From: Vitrella brassicaformis CCMP3155
Lineage: Eukaryota; Protista; Chromerida
Assembly: GCA_001179505.1 (NCBI GenBank)
Contig: CDMY01000513.1
Span: forward strand, 1 to 61,309
Length of the DNA stretch: 61,309 nucleotides
Direction: 5' to 3'
Shown: piece after piece, positions 1-12,800 of the stretch
How the letters are laid out: the number at the start of each line of letters is the position of its first letter
How positions within the stretch are numbered: the stretch's first letter is position 1
The notes under the pieces: generated by a model
Database searches by the model: none
Seen by the model: the letters and a program-made list of their open reading frames with translations, nothing else
Told to the model about the DNA's origin: nothing
Made by a program: the position numbers and the translations under genes

Positions 1-95
1 GGCCTGCCCATCCCCATGTCCCACTCTATCGCCCAATCCACCCATCCCACCCAGCCTCCCTCCCTCCGTCCCGTTCTGCTCATTCATTCCTTGCT

Positions 96-850
96 TCACT
101 GGTCGTCGTCTCTTTTCCTCTTCTTGTCCTTCTTGTCTTTCTTCTTTTTGTCTTTCTTCTTGTCCTTGTCGCGCCTCTTGTCGCGGTCGATCCTGTCCTC
201 AGGGTAGTGCCGCCGGTGCTCCTCAGAACGAATCGACTGCACCACCCACCACACACCCACACACCACATCACAGAGGTCCGCCCAATCGGTCGGCCTGTC
301 TCCCATCTCACCCTCACCCAGTCGACCAGCGGCACATCCGAGTCGTCCCCCTTGATGGTGGTCATCACCCTCCTGAGCAGGTCGTCGCTGAGCACCATCC
401 CGTCGCTCTTGAGCTCCTCCAGCGGCCTCGCCGTCGACAGCACACTCAGGGTGGTCGCCTCCCACATGTCGGAGGGCGGCGGGGGACGCGACTCAAGGAT
501 GTAGCGCTTGCCCTCCTTGTCTAGTGCGCGCCACAGCTCGTGTGAGAAGCGAGAGACCACCCAGCCGAGGCTGCGGTCCAGCAGCTCGGCAGCCACAAGG
601 CGGACGTCGTGCAGCGTCTTAGTCTCGCCCGGCCTGTCCAGATCGGGGAATTCTGTTGACTTGAAGAGGTCGCCGAGGATGGTGCCGTTGTCCTCATGCC
701 GCTGCTCATGCCGCGCTGGACTTATCGCAGCGTCAGCAGTCGGACCAGGACCAGGACCGTCAGCAGCAGCGCCGTCTTCTTGTCGAGTCATGAGTTGTTG
801 AGGTGGCAAAGAGGTGTTGACAGTGGCTGCCGCGGCAGGGTTGTGGTCCA
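96..850 (-). CDS. Hypothetical protein with Lys/Asp-rich basic C-terminal tail (2 exons)
   Basis: Open frame from ATG at 850 (MDHNPAAAA...). A probable in-frame GT..TGCAG intron at about 317/311-237 precedes the tail DKKKDKKKKDKKDKKRKRDDDQ*. No family recognised. Confidence 0.6.
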
Positions 851-1202
851 TTTTCCCCCTTTGGCTGGTTGGTTTTACAGCGCAGTTAGGGATTAAACGG
901 AAATTGTCGGCCCTAAGAATAAGCATTGAGAAGGGTGAGAGAAGGGCAAGAAGTCGCCAGATCAGCGCCTCTTCCTCTCTGCATCACCGGTTCTCCTCTG
1001 AGCGCAGAGTCAATCAGATCCACACGGCCGAGGAGACCGGCAAAGGGCCCGCTGTGCTTCGCCGGGCTGTGCTGCTGTGAGGAAGCCGACAGACGGACAG
1101 ACAGACAGACGGACCATCTCAGTCAGTCAGCGAGCCGAATCAGCGGGGCTGACTGATCTTCCCCATCGCAACTCCTTTTTGCTCTCTATCGACGTGGCGA
1201 AA

Positions 1203-3443
1203 ATGAAGCCGCGGGGTTCATTCGGAACCGAAATGGCACTCATCGCTGTCGTCTATGCAGTTTTGATTCATGTGAGCGGGCAGGCGCAGCCAGACACGAA
1301 TGCACAGACACACAAGGGAGGGAGGGAGGGAGAGAGGGAGAGATACACACACAGACATCGCGTGATGTGTTGTGTGCAGGTTGCCGCCAGCAGCATCAGG
1401 GGGGGATGGAACAGGAGGCTACAAGGTGCGACGAGAGAAGGGCGACAGGATGAACGCCAGTCAGCGGGTATCTGCAGTGGCTCTCATCATGTTGTCTGTG
1501 CCTGGCTGTCTGTCTGTCTCTGTTGATCGGTTGATCAGTTTCTGAGGGTCCGCTGCGTGCTGCTTATACTTATCCCGATGTCCGGCGGGATGACACCGTC
1601 GATGAGCTACACGGGCAGCGCGTTGAGGACCCTTACAGGTAGCCCACCACTGATTCACATTCCCGCCCGCCCATCCATCCCGTTTGTCTTTGTCACGTAC
1701 CGTACAGGTGGCTTGAGAATCCGTCAAGTGCCGACACGCAGCAATTCGTGGCCGATCAGAATGACGTCTTCAGCGCCTACATCGATGGCAGCTCCATCGG
1801 CGTCGAGGCCAAGGCCCGCATGAAGCAGCTCAACAACTACACCTCACTGAACATACCACAGAAGATATTCATCCGCGACGCCGAGACCGATGAAATCCTT
1901 CGCACCAAGCTCATATGGGAGATGCAGCGGGGGCTCGAGGACCAGGCCAGGGTCTACATCTTTGACCTCGAGGAGCCCAACGTGGCCGGGGTGGACTTCA
2001 ACAACATCACTGACGAGGAGCTGCTGACGGAGGAGAGCGTCTTTCTGGACCCCAACAAGTGGTCTGAGGACGGCACCATCGCCCTCACATACACCAAAGG
2101 GTTCTCGCCGGACGGACAGACATTTGCGTGAGCCCCTCACACACACGAACGGGACCACATGGTATGGTAGATGGATGGGATGCATCATGTCATGTGTTGT
2201 GTTGTGTTCTCTCTCGTGTCGTGTGTGTGCAGGTATGGCAAGAGTGAGAACGGCAGTGACTGGGTGTTTGTGGAGTTCATGGAGACGGAGAGCCGGGAGC
2301 CTCTGCCTGACACCATCAAAGACGTCAAGTTCAGCAACGTCGTCTTCTCGCCAGACGGCAGGGGCGTCTTCTACCAGATGTTCCCAAGACCTGAGGGCGG
2401 CGACGACTCGGGCGAACTCACAGACTCGAAGGTCGGCAACTGCACTGCACTGTCCGTGTTGGGGGAGAAAGATGGCGCCCTTCTGTGTCTATTGGGTCTG
2501 CAGGTAATGTACCACGTGATGGGTACGGACCAAGCAGCAGATTTGGTGGTCGTCGAGACGCCCGAGCATCCCACCTGGGTCAAGGGCGTGATCGTGACAC
2601 CAGACAGGGAATACCTGATCTGCATAATATCCAGAGGCGCTGAGAGGGTCAGTCACTGCCCACACACCGAGACACACACACAGGCACCACCTCCTGCCCT
2701 GCATGCGATTGGTGTGTGCAGACGAATGCCTTGTGGTACGCCATGATCGACGAGATCCCTTTCATGGACGGCGGAGATGATGGTGAGTCCAAGGTCCGCG
2801 ACTACTCCAAGACAGAGTGGGTGAAGCTCATCACCAACCCGGGCGAGCACGAGTACGAGCTGCTCGCCACTAACGGCACCATCTTCACGCTCATCACCGA
2901 CTTCAAGGCGCCCAGGAAACGCATCATCCAGATCAATATCGAGAAGCCAGGTGGGCGAGCTGCACTGGCTTGATCATGGACTTTGGTGTGTGTGTGTGTC
3001 TACGTCAGACGAGGATGAGTGGATGGAGCTGGTGCCTGAGGGTGAGGACCTGGCGGTGCTCGACGAAGCCATGGTCGTCAACGAGGTGATTAGGGCAGAA
3101 AAGCCAGCTACACTGCTTGCCTGCACAAATGTCGCTGTCCCGCTTGTTTTCCCGTGCAGACGATATTGCTCGTGTCTTACATGAAGGACGTCCACAGCAT
3201 CGTCAAATACTACGACCTCACAACAGGTGGGCGGGGATGCGGGCGGGTCGCCGCACCGCCTCGCTGAAGCTGACGTGTTGGTGTTTGTGTTGGTTAGGTG
3301 AGTTCCTGGGTAACATTGAATTCGACCTGGGCACTGTGAGTATGCCTCACGGCTGGGGAGCATACCGGGTCAACTTCTACGAGCCAGGTGACTATATGCA
3401 GCACACACAAAGAAGATTGGGAGGGGAACACACACACACACCA

Positions 3444-3477
<34 letters not shown>

Positions 3478-5139
3478 CATGGGCTTGTGTGGCTGTGGTG
3501 TGCCGTCAGAGATCTTCTTGTCAATGAAGGACTTCCTCACCCCCACCACCGTCTACCGCCTCGACTTCACGCAGGAGGAGGCCACCAAAAACCTCTTCAG
3601 AGAGACAAAGGTACATCCTGGCGACAAAAGACACTCACACAATACCTCCCAATGCTCTCTCTCTCTCTCTCTCAGATCGAGGGATACGACTCGTCTATAT
3701 TCGCGGTCTCCCAGGTCTTCTACAAGAGCTCCAACGACACCGAGATCCCCATGTTCATCCTCCAGTCAAAAGAAGCCGCCAGCGGCGCCCCCTCCCCCAA
3801 GCCGTGCTTCCTCTACGCGTACGGCGGCTTCTCCGTGTCCATCCAGCCGTCCTTCATCACCAGCGCCCTCATATTTGTCGAGAACTTCGGGGGCATGTAC
3901 GCCTTGGCCAACATCCGGGGCGGGGGGGAATACGGCGTCGAATGGCACCTTGCTGCAGTGGGGGAGAAACGACAGGTACGTAGGTGCCTTGGCCGGCCAG
4001 CTGTGTGATTGCCCTTACCCTGTTTGTGTGTGTGTGTGTGTGTGTGTGTCAGACTGCTTTTGACGACTTTCACAACGCTGCTGAGTTCCTCATCGAGAGC
4101 GAATACACTACATCAGACCAGTAAGTATGCAGCCAAGACCACGGTGGTTTCGGACAGCTTCATGCTGACTTCCCTGCGTATGTGTGTGTCAGGCTGATGG
4201 TCCATGGGGCGTCGAACGGCGGTCTGCTGATGGCCGTGGTGGCCAACCAACGGCCCGACCTGTATAAGGTCGTCATCCCTGGCGTTCCCGTCATCGACAT
4301 GTTCAGATACCATCTGTTCACCATCGGGGCAGCATGGTCAGTCTGTCTGTCGTGCCCACTCAAAAGGGGATGGACAGAGGGAGCATTCGTGTGTGTCGAT
4401 GCGCAGGATTCCCGAGTACGGCGACCCGGAGATCTCCGACCACTTTGACTGGCTCAAGGAGTGAGTGGGAGGGAGCTCAGTCAGGCACACGTGTGTGTAT
4501 GTGTGTGTGTGTGTGTGTGTGTTGTGTCAGGTATCATCCGCTGCTGCAGATCAAGACGCCTTCTGAGGAGCTGGAAAGGCAGCAGTACCCTGCCGTAAGT
4601 CCAAGCACTCACGGCATTGACGGACAACGATGTGTGTGCTGTCGTTCCCATCGACATATATCTGTGCCGTCAGATCCTGGTTCTGACGGCCGAGTCCGAC
4701 GACCGTGTCGTCCCGATGCACGCCTTCAAATACGTGGCGACACTGCAGCACCAGTTGGGCAGCAGCGATCAGCAGGAGAACCCCCTCATGATCCGCATCG
4801 AGACTAAAGCGGGACACGGTGCGGGCAAGCCAATATCCAAGGTGTGTACAGAATAATACACAACAACCAACTCACATGGACATGGACATTGACTCACATG
4901 TGCCCGCGCCTCATCCATCTGTGGTCTGCCCGCCTGCCGTGTCGGTCTGTCTGTCTCATCTCCATCAGACGATCGAGCAATGGGGTGACACGTTTGCCTT
5001 TGTGGCCAAGGCCATCGGTCTCAAGTGGACGCCGCCAGTGCGGGGGAACGCGACGGACACCGAAGACATCAACGGTGGGTCGGAGCAGGAGCAGGTCATC
5101 GTCAGTAACGGCGATGCCTACACGAACGGAGGCCGGTGA
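1203..5139 (+). CDS. PREP: Prolyl oligopeptidase (S9A), multi-exon, with N-terminal signal peptide
   Basis: Spliced motifs [68 protein letters not shown], catalytic GASNGG (Ser), SDDRVVPMH (Asp) and KAGHGAGKP (His). Canonical GT-AG introns. Confidence 0.95.
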
Positions 5140-6296
5140 TATGATATATGGGACGGATGGGCGGGGCGGGGCGATATCACATGCGTCCAGATTCTGGGCA
5201 TGGTGGGAGGGGCGATTGCGTGTATGTGTGTATGTGAATTTGTGCACGTGTCATGTTTGTAGTGGTGCGTTATGGTGTGACTCGGGGAGGCAGGTCCGTA
5301 GGGGGAGGGTTTTATCTGTCTGTGTACGTGTCGTACATACGTTGTGTGTTCGCGTGTCTGTCTATTGCTGGGGACATTTTTGCGTGGTGAGTCCCCCTTG
5401 GCCCAATGGTAATGGTAGGTACTACGTCTCTCTCTACGGCTGCAAGGTTTTGAAACGCTGCAGGCGGCCGACATGAACCCGTGTCGGCCGACCGATACAC
5501 AGATAGATATCCGTCACAGACTAGCTATAGCCAGCACATCGATCGCTTTTTTGGGGCTGGCCAGCCAGCGAGCAGACGCGCCTACTTCGGCTCGGCTCGG
5601 CTCGGCACGCCCCCACCACATCCGTCCACTCGCTGAGATCTCCGTTTCTGTCTTGTCTATCGCAGCCAGGCATATTTGTGTCTTATCTGTTTTCCGTTGG
5701 TGTGTGTGTGTGTGTGTGTGTGTTGGCGGAAGGGGTGGGGGGTGTCGACCGACCGACCGACCGCAGCTAGCCCCTTCACGCCACGTGCCTTTCGCGGCGC
5801 CTTCATGAGATGCCTGTGAAGGCAGCCACCAGTTGATGTGTATCCATTTGCTGCCGCCCGGCGCCGCATAGACTTTTTTCGCTTTTTGCGGCGTGTGTGT
5901 TGGTGCGGCGCCCACATGCTGCGAACGTCTGTGTGGAGCGAACAGTGAGTATATTGTGTGTGTGTTGGTCAACAAGGCGTCGGGCGGGATCCAAATATTG
6001 ACTGAGTCAGTCGTGAAGGGGAGCGAGAAGTCAACACACACATACACCCCCCCCCCCACACACACAGAGCTCACCAGCCTGCTTCCTCATGTATTGGGGC
6101 GCGAAGTGTTCAGTGTTTAGACGGCCACTGTGAAGGGCTCGTCACAGAGACCCTTCCTTCCCACAGCTCAGCCGAACACGAACAGCACACTCGCAAAACG
6201 AAGTCGTCAAGAGTAAAAACAAGACCAGATCAGCAAGCACACCCATAAGACCACAGCCACTGAGTCAGACAGGCAAACGGACCATGCTTGTCATCA

Positions 6297-6715
6297 TCAT
6301 GAGGCAATCGTATCAGCCTTCCTTCTGTACACCCCCAGGCAGGCAGGCAGATCGACGGGCAGCAAAACCCTCAATCCTCCCCATCCCCCATCCACTCATG
6401 CGTGTGTCCTCACGCCTCGCTCCCCGATGAGATGGCCTTCTGCCCGCCCGCAGCAGCAACACCAGCAGCACCAGCGGCACCAGAGGCCGACGCGGACACC
6501 GACGCAGACGCAGAGGCAGAGGCACATAGAGACTCGCCAGCGGCAGAGAACTCCTCCACTTCCTCATCCTGCTGCTGTTGCTGTTGCTGTGGTTTGGGTT
6601 TGCGCGCATGCGGGCCTGTCTTGGGGCGTATGAAGTCGCACATGGTGTAGCCTTCGCCCTCGTAGTACATCATCGTCATCAGGTTGGTCAGCCGCTGCAG
6701 CAGGAACAACACCAT
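6297..6715 (-). CDS. Small hypothetical low-complexity protein (2 exons), tentative
   Basis: ORF MVLFLLQRLTNLMTMMYYEGEGYTMCDFIRPKTG followed by polyQ, acidic and Ala-Ser runs. A GTGAGG..TACAG intron gives the in-frame end ARKADTIAS*. No homology recognised. Confidence 0.35.
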
Positions 6716-6846
6716 GATGGTTATGGCTGAAAGAGCGTTGGCAATGGGTGAGCGTTGACTAGAGCGTCGGGGCGGCTCGGAATGCGTCTTTTCCTCTTCT
6801 CTGCCAATTCTCTGCGAGCTCAAGATGCAGCTGAGCCGGAAGAAGG

Positions 6847-9140
6847 ATGTTGTTTCCGCCTTATCTGCACTCGCATGAGGTCGAGAGGCTGCAGCTGTAC
6901 AAGTACACGTCATCAAAGTCAGAAACGATGAATGAATGAATCACACACTCTTGCTGCAGCAAGCTTATGGTGACTGATTCACTCATCCCCGCTCGCCTTG
7001 CCATTTCCTGCAGGCCGACCCCCCTTGATGCCCTCCTCAATCCCTTCTGGAACGCCGCGGCAGCCGCTGTGCCAAAAGTGAGTGAGCCATCCACGCAACC
7101 AAGAGAGTGACTGCTCATCTCATCTCTGGTCTCTTTTGTTTGTTTGCCTCGTGTGCTTCGTGATTCAGTGGCTGTCGCCCAACACGTTGACTGTGCTGGG
7201 TCTGCTGTCGAGTGGCTTCGGGGCGGCGCTGTGCCTCGTTTACGCACCCACGCTCACAGAGGACACCCCTACGTGGGTGTGGCCGGTTGTTGCGCTGACC
7301 GTCTTCGTCTACCAGGCAAGCAGGCTGACAATCAATCGCCAGATCCAGATTCATGTGTGACAACAATTGCGTGTGTCGATTCAATCATTCGTTCAGACGC
7401 TGGATGCCATCGACGGCAAGCACGCCAGGCGCACCGGTGCATCGTCGCCTCTGGGGCAGCTGGTGGACCATGGATGCGACGCATTCACTGCCGTGAGAGG
7501 GAGGAGGCTCCTAGCCCATTCATGTCTGTTGTGGTGTTGTGTATATGTGTGTGTGTGTGTGTGTCTGTGTGTGTGTCTGTGTGTGTGTCTGTCTGTCTGT
7601 GTGTGTGTGTGTGTGTGTGTCAGTGTTTCATGGGCATTGTGTGCTGCGCGGCAGCCAAGTTCGGCGCCTCCATGAACACATTCGCGGTCAGCAGCCACCT
7701 GGCCTGCTCTTTCGGGCCATGCATTCAGGATTGTCTTCCTCCTCCTTCCCCTGTTTGTTGCGTGCTTCAGATACTGATGTGCCTACAGACCAACACATTC
7801 GTGTGGAACGTACGTGAGCAACCAACACATTGGCACACGTGGAGTGTCACTCTTGATGATGCTGCAGTGGCTGGAGCTGCACACCGACCGATACACCACT
7901 TCATTCGGCATCTTCGGCGTCACAGAAGGCCAATACACGGTGAGCAGAACCAGACGGACACGCCAATGCTCCCGCATAGACACACAATCTAGCTAGCCAT
8001 GCATTCATGCAGGTGATTGTGGCGTGCCTGATGCCGCTGGTGCTGGGCGACACGGACCTGGTGGCAATGGCCCCGCTGGCAGCCAGGCCCTATCTGAGCC
8101 AGCTAGGCGGCGTGTTGGGGACGGGAGGGGCTTTCTATTGGCACACATTCCTGGGTCCTTGCTGGTGCACCATGTACGGACGCATTTGACCACACACACG
8201 GACAGAAAAGAGATCGCATGCGGAGTTCTGAATATATGGTGGGTGTGGTGTGGTGTGGTGTGGTGTGTCCCTCAGCGATGTGTTGTTGGTTGCTGCCACT
8301 GTGGTGGAGGTCCTTCGCAAGGCCAAGGACAGACTCCAGGCCGCCGGTGAGTGAGCGAGGTGTCGGCAGACGATTCGGGTCGTCACTGTCTGGCTGTCTG
8401 GCTGCATCTGTGCAGGGCACCTGTTCTGGTGGCTTGTGTACGTGTATGCCTCCTATGTGTTCTTCACACGAGGTCCGAACACCCTCTACCAGACGCACCT
8501 GCATCATGTGTGCATGTACAATGGTCCGCACTCACTCTCACCATGCAGGCGGGGCGTCATTCCACGTTGGATGGTTCTGCGTCGTGTCGACGGTCCATTT
8601 CGCCATCTACTTCCTCAGGGCACTCGCGTCGACGACGTGCAAGGCAAGACCAATCGACCAACACACACACATCCATCCATCCATCCATTTTGATGCGCAT
8701 TGTCTGGTGTGTTTGCAGGTGCTGTTTGCGCAGATCCAGTGGCCGCTGCTGCCGTTCTTCGCCACGACCGTCCTGCTATCGGGTGACTGACATACACAGA
8801 CAGAGAGCACAAGAATTACTTCATCTGCCTGTGTCGTTATTCGACCGTTTCTTCACAGCGGGGCCGCCATCTGCCTTGCTGCATCAGCTGGGGATGCCCC
8901 GCGATCAATTCATATTCACTCTTATGACGGTGCGCCACACTCCAAGCAATGCACAACACAACACTGGCAATGCCTGGCACACGTGTGTGTGCGTGTGTGT
9001 GTGTGCAGGGCCTGACGGCGTGGGGTGTGGTTTATCTGGGTGAGCTGATCGTGGCCAATGTGCGCACCATCTGCCGCGTGGTCGAGGTGCCCTTCTGGCG
9101 GATCCCCGCCAAGACACCAAAGGAGCGCAAAAGGAGATGA
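6847..9140 (+). CDS. CEPT1: Choline/ethanolamine phosphotransferase (CDP-alcohol phosphatidyltransferase, CEPT/AAPT type)
   Basis: Spliced [59 protein letters not shown], which contains the CDP-alcohol phosphotransferase motif DG-x2-AR-x8-G-x3-D-x3-D. Several TM segments follow. Ends [15 protein letters not shown]. Confidence 0.92.
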
Positions 9141-9820
9141 GATGAGATGAATGGGGGCGCATGCGCTGGTAAAGGTTGCGGTGCGGTGCACGTGTGTGTG
9201 GTATGTGCAGCGGTAGGAACGGGACACGACACGCGCCGTTTTGTGTGTAGCGTAGCGTACATGTACAGTAGTGGTAGCTAGTTGTGTTGCGAGGGAATGT
9301 GAATACAGCTGAGTGCGTGAGTGGGGCCCATGCCGTGCCAGAGGACAGTGGGTGTGTCTATCTATCTGTCAAAACAGTCACTATAGTGTGATCGATCACA
9401 TCGCTGTACAGGTAAGGTAGCTCGTGTACGTTCACACACATATACACACACACAGCTCGTGTACGTTCACACACATATACACACACACACACACGACATG
9501 CAATCACACGCACACACGAGCATCGCCACTCACCCACCACTGCACACACGCGTCCCTGTACACGAGCATCTAGGCATATGTATATTCACAGGGGGCGAAT
9601 GCACCCATCTCATCTATAGCTAGCCAGGGGGGGCAAGGCAGGCAGGGCACGTCCACCCTCGCCCAAATGGCACATGAGGCTCTCTCCTCCGCTCTCGAAT
9701 TGCATCTCATCTCATCGCTACGCATCTATCCTGCAAGGCATCCACACCACAACCAAGACAGCACAGCACACAAACCACGTTGACGCAGGTATGTATACAT
9801 TCCTCCCCGCCATTGCAGGC

Positions 9821-12800
9821 TTACGTCCTCTGCAAGCTTTGTATGTTGGCGCGGCACACGGGGCACTGAGGGCTCGCCGCACTCATCAGACTGTTCGCAC
9901 ACCTGAACACACAACACACAAGCACACACAACAAAGCATAAGATGCCCGCTCCTCCCCCGTGCTACGTAGCACCCAGGACCTCACTCACTCGGTGCAAGC
10001 GATACGGTGTCCGCAAGGCACGAAGGTCTGCGACATTGGTCGGTCGCTATCCATGCATATGCCGCACGCCGTCCCAGGCCGCTGCAGGCTCCTCTGCAGC
10101 GCACGAAGCGAACACGACTGCAGCCGCTCCCATAGAGATTCCATCTCATGCGACCTGCATGAATGTCACAGACGCACAGATACACAGACAGCCGTGTGGG
10201 GGAGAGAATATGCCGACGGGCAGCTGCTCACCGTTGTGCGTGGATTTGTTTGGCCATCTTAGCGTCCCTCTCGCCCGCCAGCAGCTGCCCCAGGAGCTGC
10301 GATGACAGCTGGTCGTCAGACATATCACTAAACTGCCTGCAACACACGCATCCATCCACACCACACAGACATTTGACATACGGATGGGCCCATGGATCAA
10401 GGCGTGTGTGTACCTGAGTCGGTCGGCATCGACGTCGGGCGGCATGGTCATCTGGTCTGCCCGCGTGTGGGCCTCCGCCACACGCTGCTGGGCCTGCTCT
10501 TGGGTCTCGGCGACACGCTGCTCCGCCTGCACCAGGTCCAGCTGCAGCTGCTGCAGCTGCAATACCATCGCCTCGTGACCACCCTCCAGCTCCCGAATCC
10601 TGCATCCATCCATCCATCCATTCATCCACACGACACACCACACACCAACAGGTGGCTGTTTCCGTGGAAAACCACCCACCACGCACCGTTCCTGCGACAA
10701 CGAGTTTTCGGCGGCCTCTGCGGTCTTCTCCTTGAGCATGGTCTTGGTCTGCGTAAGCTCTGCCCGCAGCTCCTTCAGTTTGGCGTCTTTCTCGCCCCGC
10801 AGCTTGCGCATGTCCTCCTGCAGCTTCTTGATCTGCGCATCCTTCTGAGAGGCCATGGTTGACATGCTGAGCGCACAGAGGAGAGAGATATAAGGGAGAC
10901 GTGGATGGGATGGCACTCGACTGCGCGGGTACTGTGCTGACCTCTTTTTCTCCTCGTCCAGTTCGGTCTCCATCTTGGCCTTGTGGGCGTTGAGCTGCTT
11001 CTCCTTGTTCCTGAGGCTCTCCTCCAGCTCAGCTACCGCCCTCTCGCGGGCCCTGCTGTCCGTGTCCCTCTTGCGCAGCGCTGCCATCTCCTCGTCTCGC
11101 TGTGAGATTGCCTTGGACTGCTTGCTCACCCGATCCTCCCACCTAAGCACACAGGAGAGGTGTGTCAATGGGTGTGGATGGACGGCGTCGTTTCGTCTAT
11201 CAGACGCACACCGTTGTCTGTCGGCGTCTCTCTCCTCTTTGGTCTTCCTCAGTGAGTCCTCCAGGCTCTTCTTTTGCTCGCGGAGGCTCTTGAGCTCCTT
11301 CCTGACCACCAAACAGTCACCCATTCCTGTGTGGCCCACTCTGGTTTGTGCCGCTCCAGCCAGCTCACCGCTGCCTGTCGATGACGCCGCTGTGTGCGTC
11401 GATCTCATCGCGCATCCTCTTCATGTCCACCTGACTCGACCGACAGTTGTTCTCCAGCTCCACCATCTTGCTCTTGTCGATGTGGTGCCGCTGTTGCAGT
11501 GCCGCCAGGGTGCTCTCAGCCTCGGCTGCCCTCTCCTCCAGCGTCGCTATCTGCTGCTTCAGCTGCTCGGCCAGCGGGCACTTTCCGGCTGAAGAGATGT
11601 CAGCTAAAGGGTCAGCAGAGCCGATGGGATTGACGATCTGCGGCTGCTCTGACCCCTCCGTGCCGTCACAGGCCGACTCGCCGCCCTCACTGTGGTCGGG
11701 GCTCATGGGCCCGTCGTCATCCTCATCAGCTGACGGCTGCTCGCTGCCCGACGGATCGACCAAGGGCTCCATTAGATCGGGAGGAAGAACCAAGACGTCG
11801 CCGAAAGCCAAGACCTCCACCTCATCCATCAGCCGGTGGCCTTGAAAAACGATGCAGGAGGGGGAGGGGGAGGGTGGGCCGGATGGTGTCTGCAGAAGGG
11901 GTGGGGGACAGGCATCACCGCCACAACCACCACCACCACCACCATTGCTGGGGGGTGCATCGGCCGATGGGGGCAGTGCGTCCAGACCGGGTGCAACAAG
12001 CTCCTCAGGGGTCGCGAGATCCAGCTCACCACACACACCGGCATCAAACGCATCAGCCGCATCAGGCGGCTGGTCGGCTTGGTGAGAGGGTGCAGCAATC
12101 TGCTCTGCAGCAGGTGCAGGGGTGGCCGGCCAGCGAGTCGGCGATGGGTCCGCAGATGCAGCCCTCTTGGCTCCAGTGGCCTTCTGCCGCGGCCGCTTCT
12201 TCTTGGCCTTCTTGCTCTCTGCCGGCGGTGGCTGCTGGTGCTTCTGTTGCTGCCACTGCAGCTCGGCCATGACCTCATCGCCCGGTAGCTGCACGCCGAG
12301 CGCCTGCCTGGCCTCTCTCCCCCTCGCCTCCGCCCTCATGATGGCCTCACGGCTCTCTTCACCGTCAGCCTCCCCCCTTGGCTCAGCCGGGGCCGGACAC
12401 TCTTCTATCCTTTGCCGGTGCGCCTTCTGCTTCTTCTGTCTGTCGAGTTTCTCGCGGAGCCGCCTGCGGGTCTCGTCTTGACGGCGTAAGCATCCCATCT
12501 CGTCCGGATAAGCACCCTCGTAGAGGACAGCGGCCACTGCAGCCGGACCGGACGCATCGGCGGCAGGCTCAGAGGCTGGCAACACACATTTGTGCACAGA
12601 TGGACAGATACACACACGAGATGAGACCCTGCCACACGTGTGTGGATGTGGTGTAGTACGTGTGTTTGGTTGGTCATTGTCTGCGCGTGAGTTGGCAGGA
12701 GGAGCGTTGAAGCTGATGGGAGGGTCCGGCTCCGTCGGGTGTCCTGAATGTGAAAGGGGAAAGACGCCATCTGTGCACTGCGGTGGTGTGGTTCCCGTCT

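Noticed and set aside
9419-9488. Perfect 35-bp tandem duplication in the intergenic region
   Set aside because: Two adjacent copies with no spacer, built on a CA microsatellite. This is ordinary slippage and not CRISPR-like.
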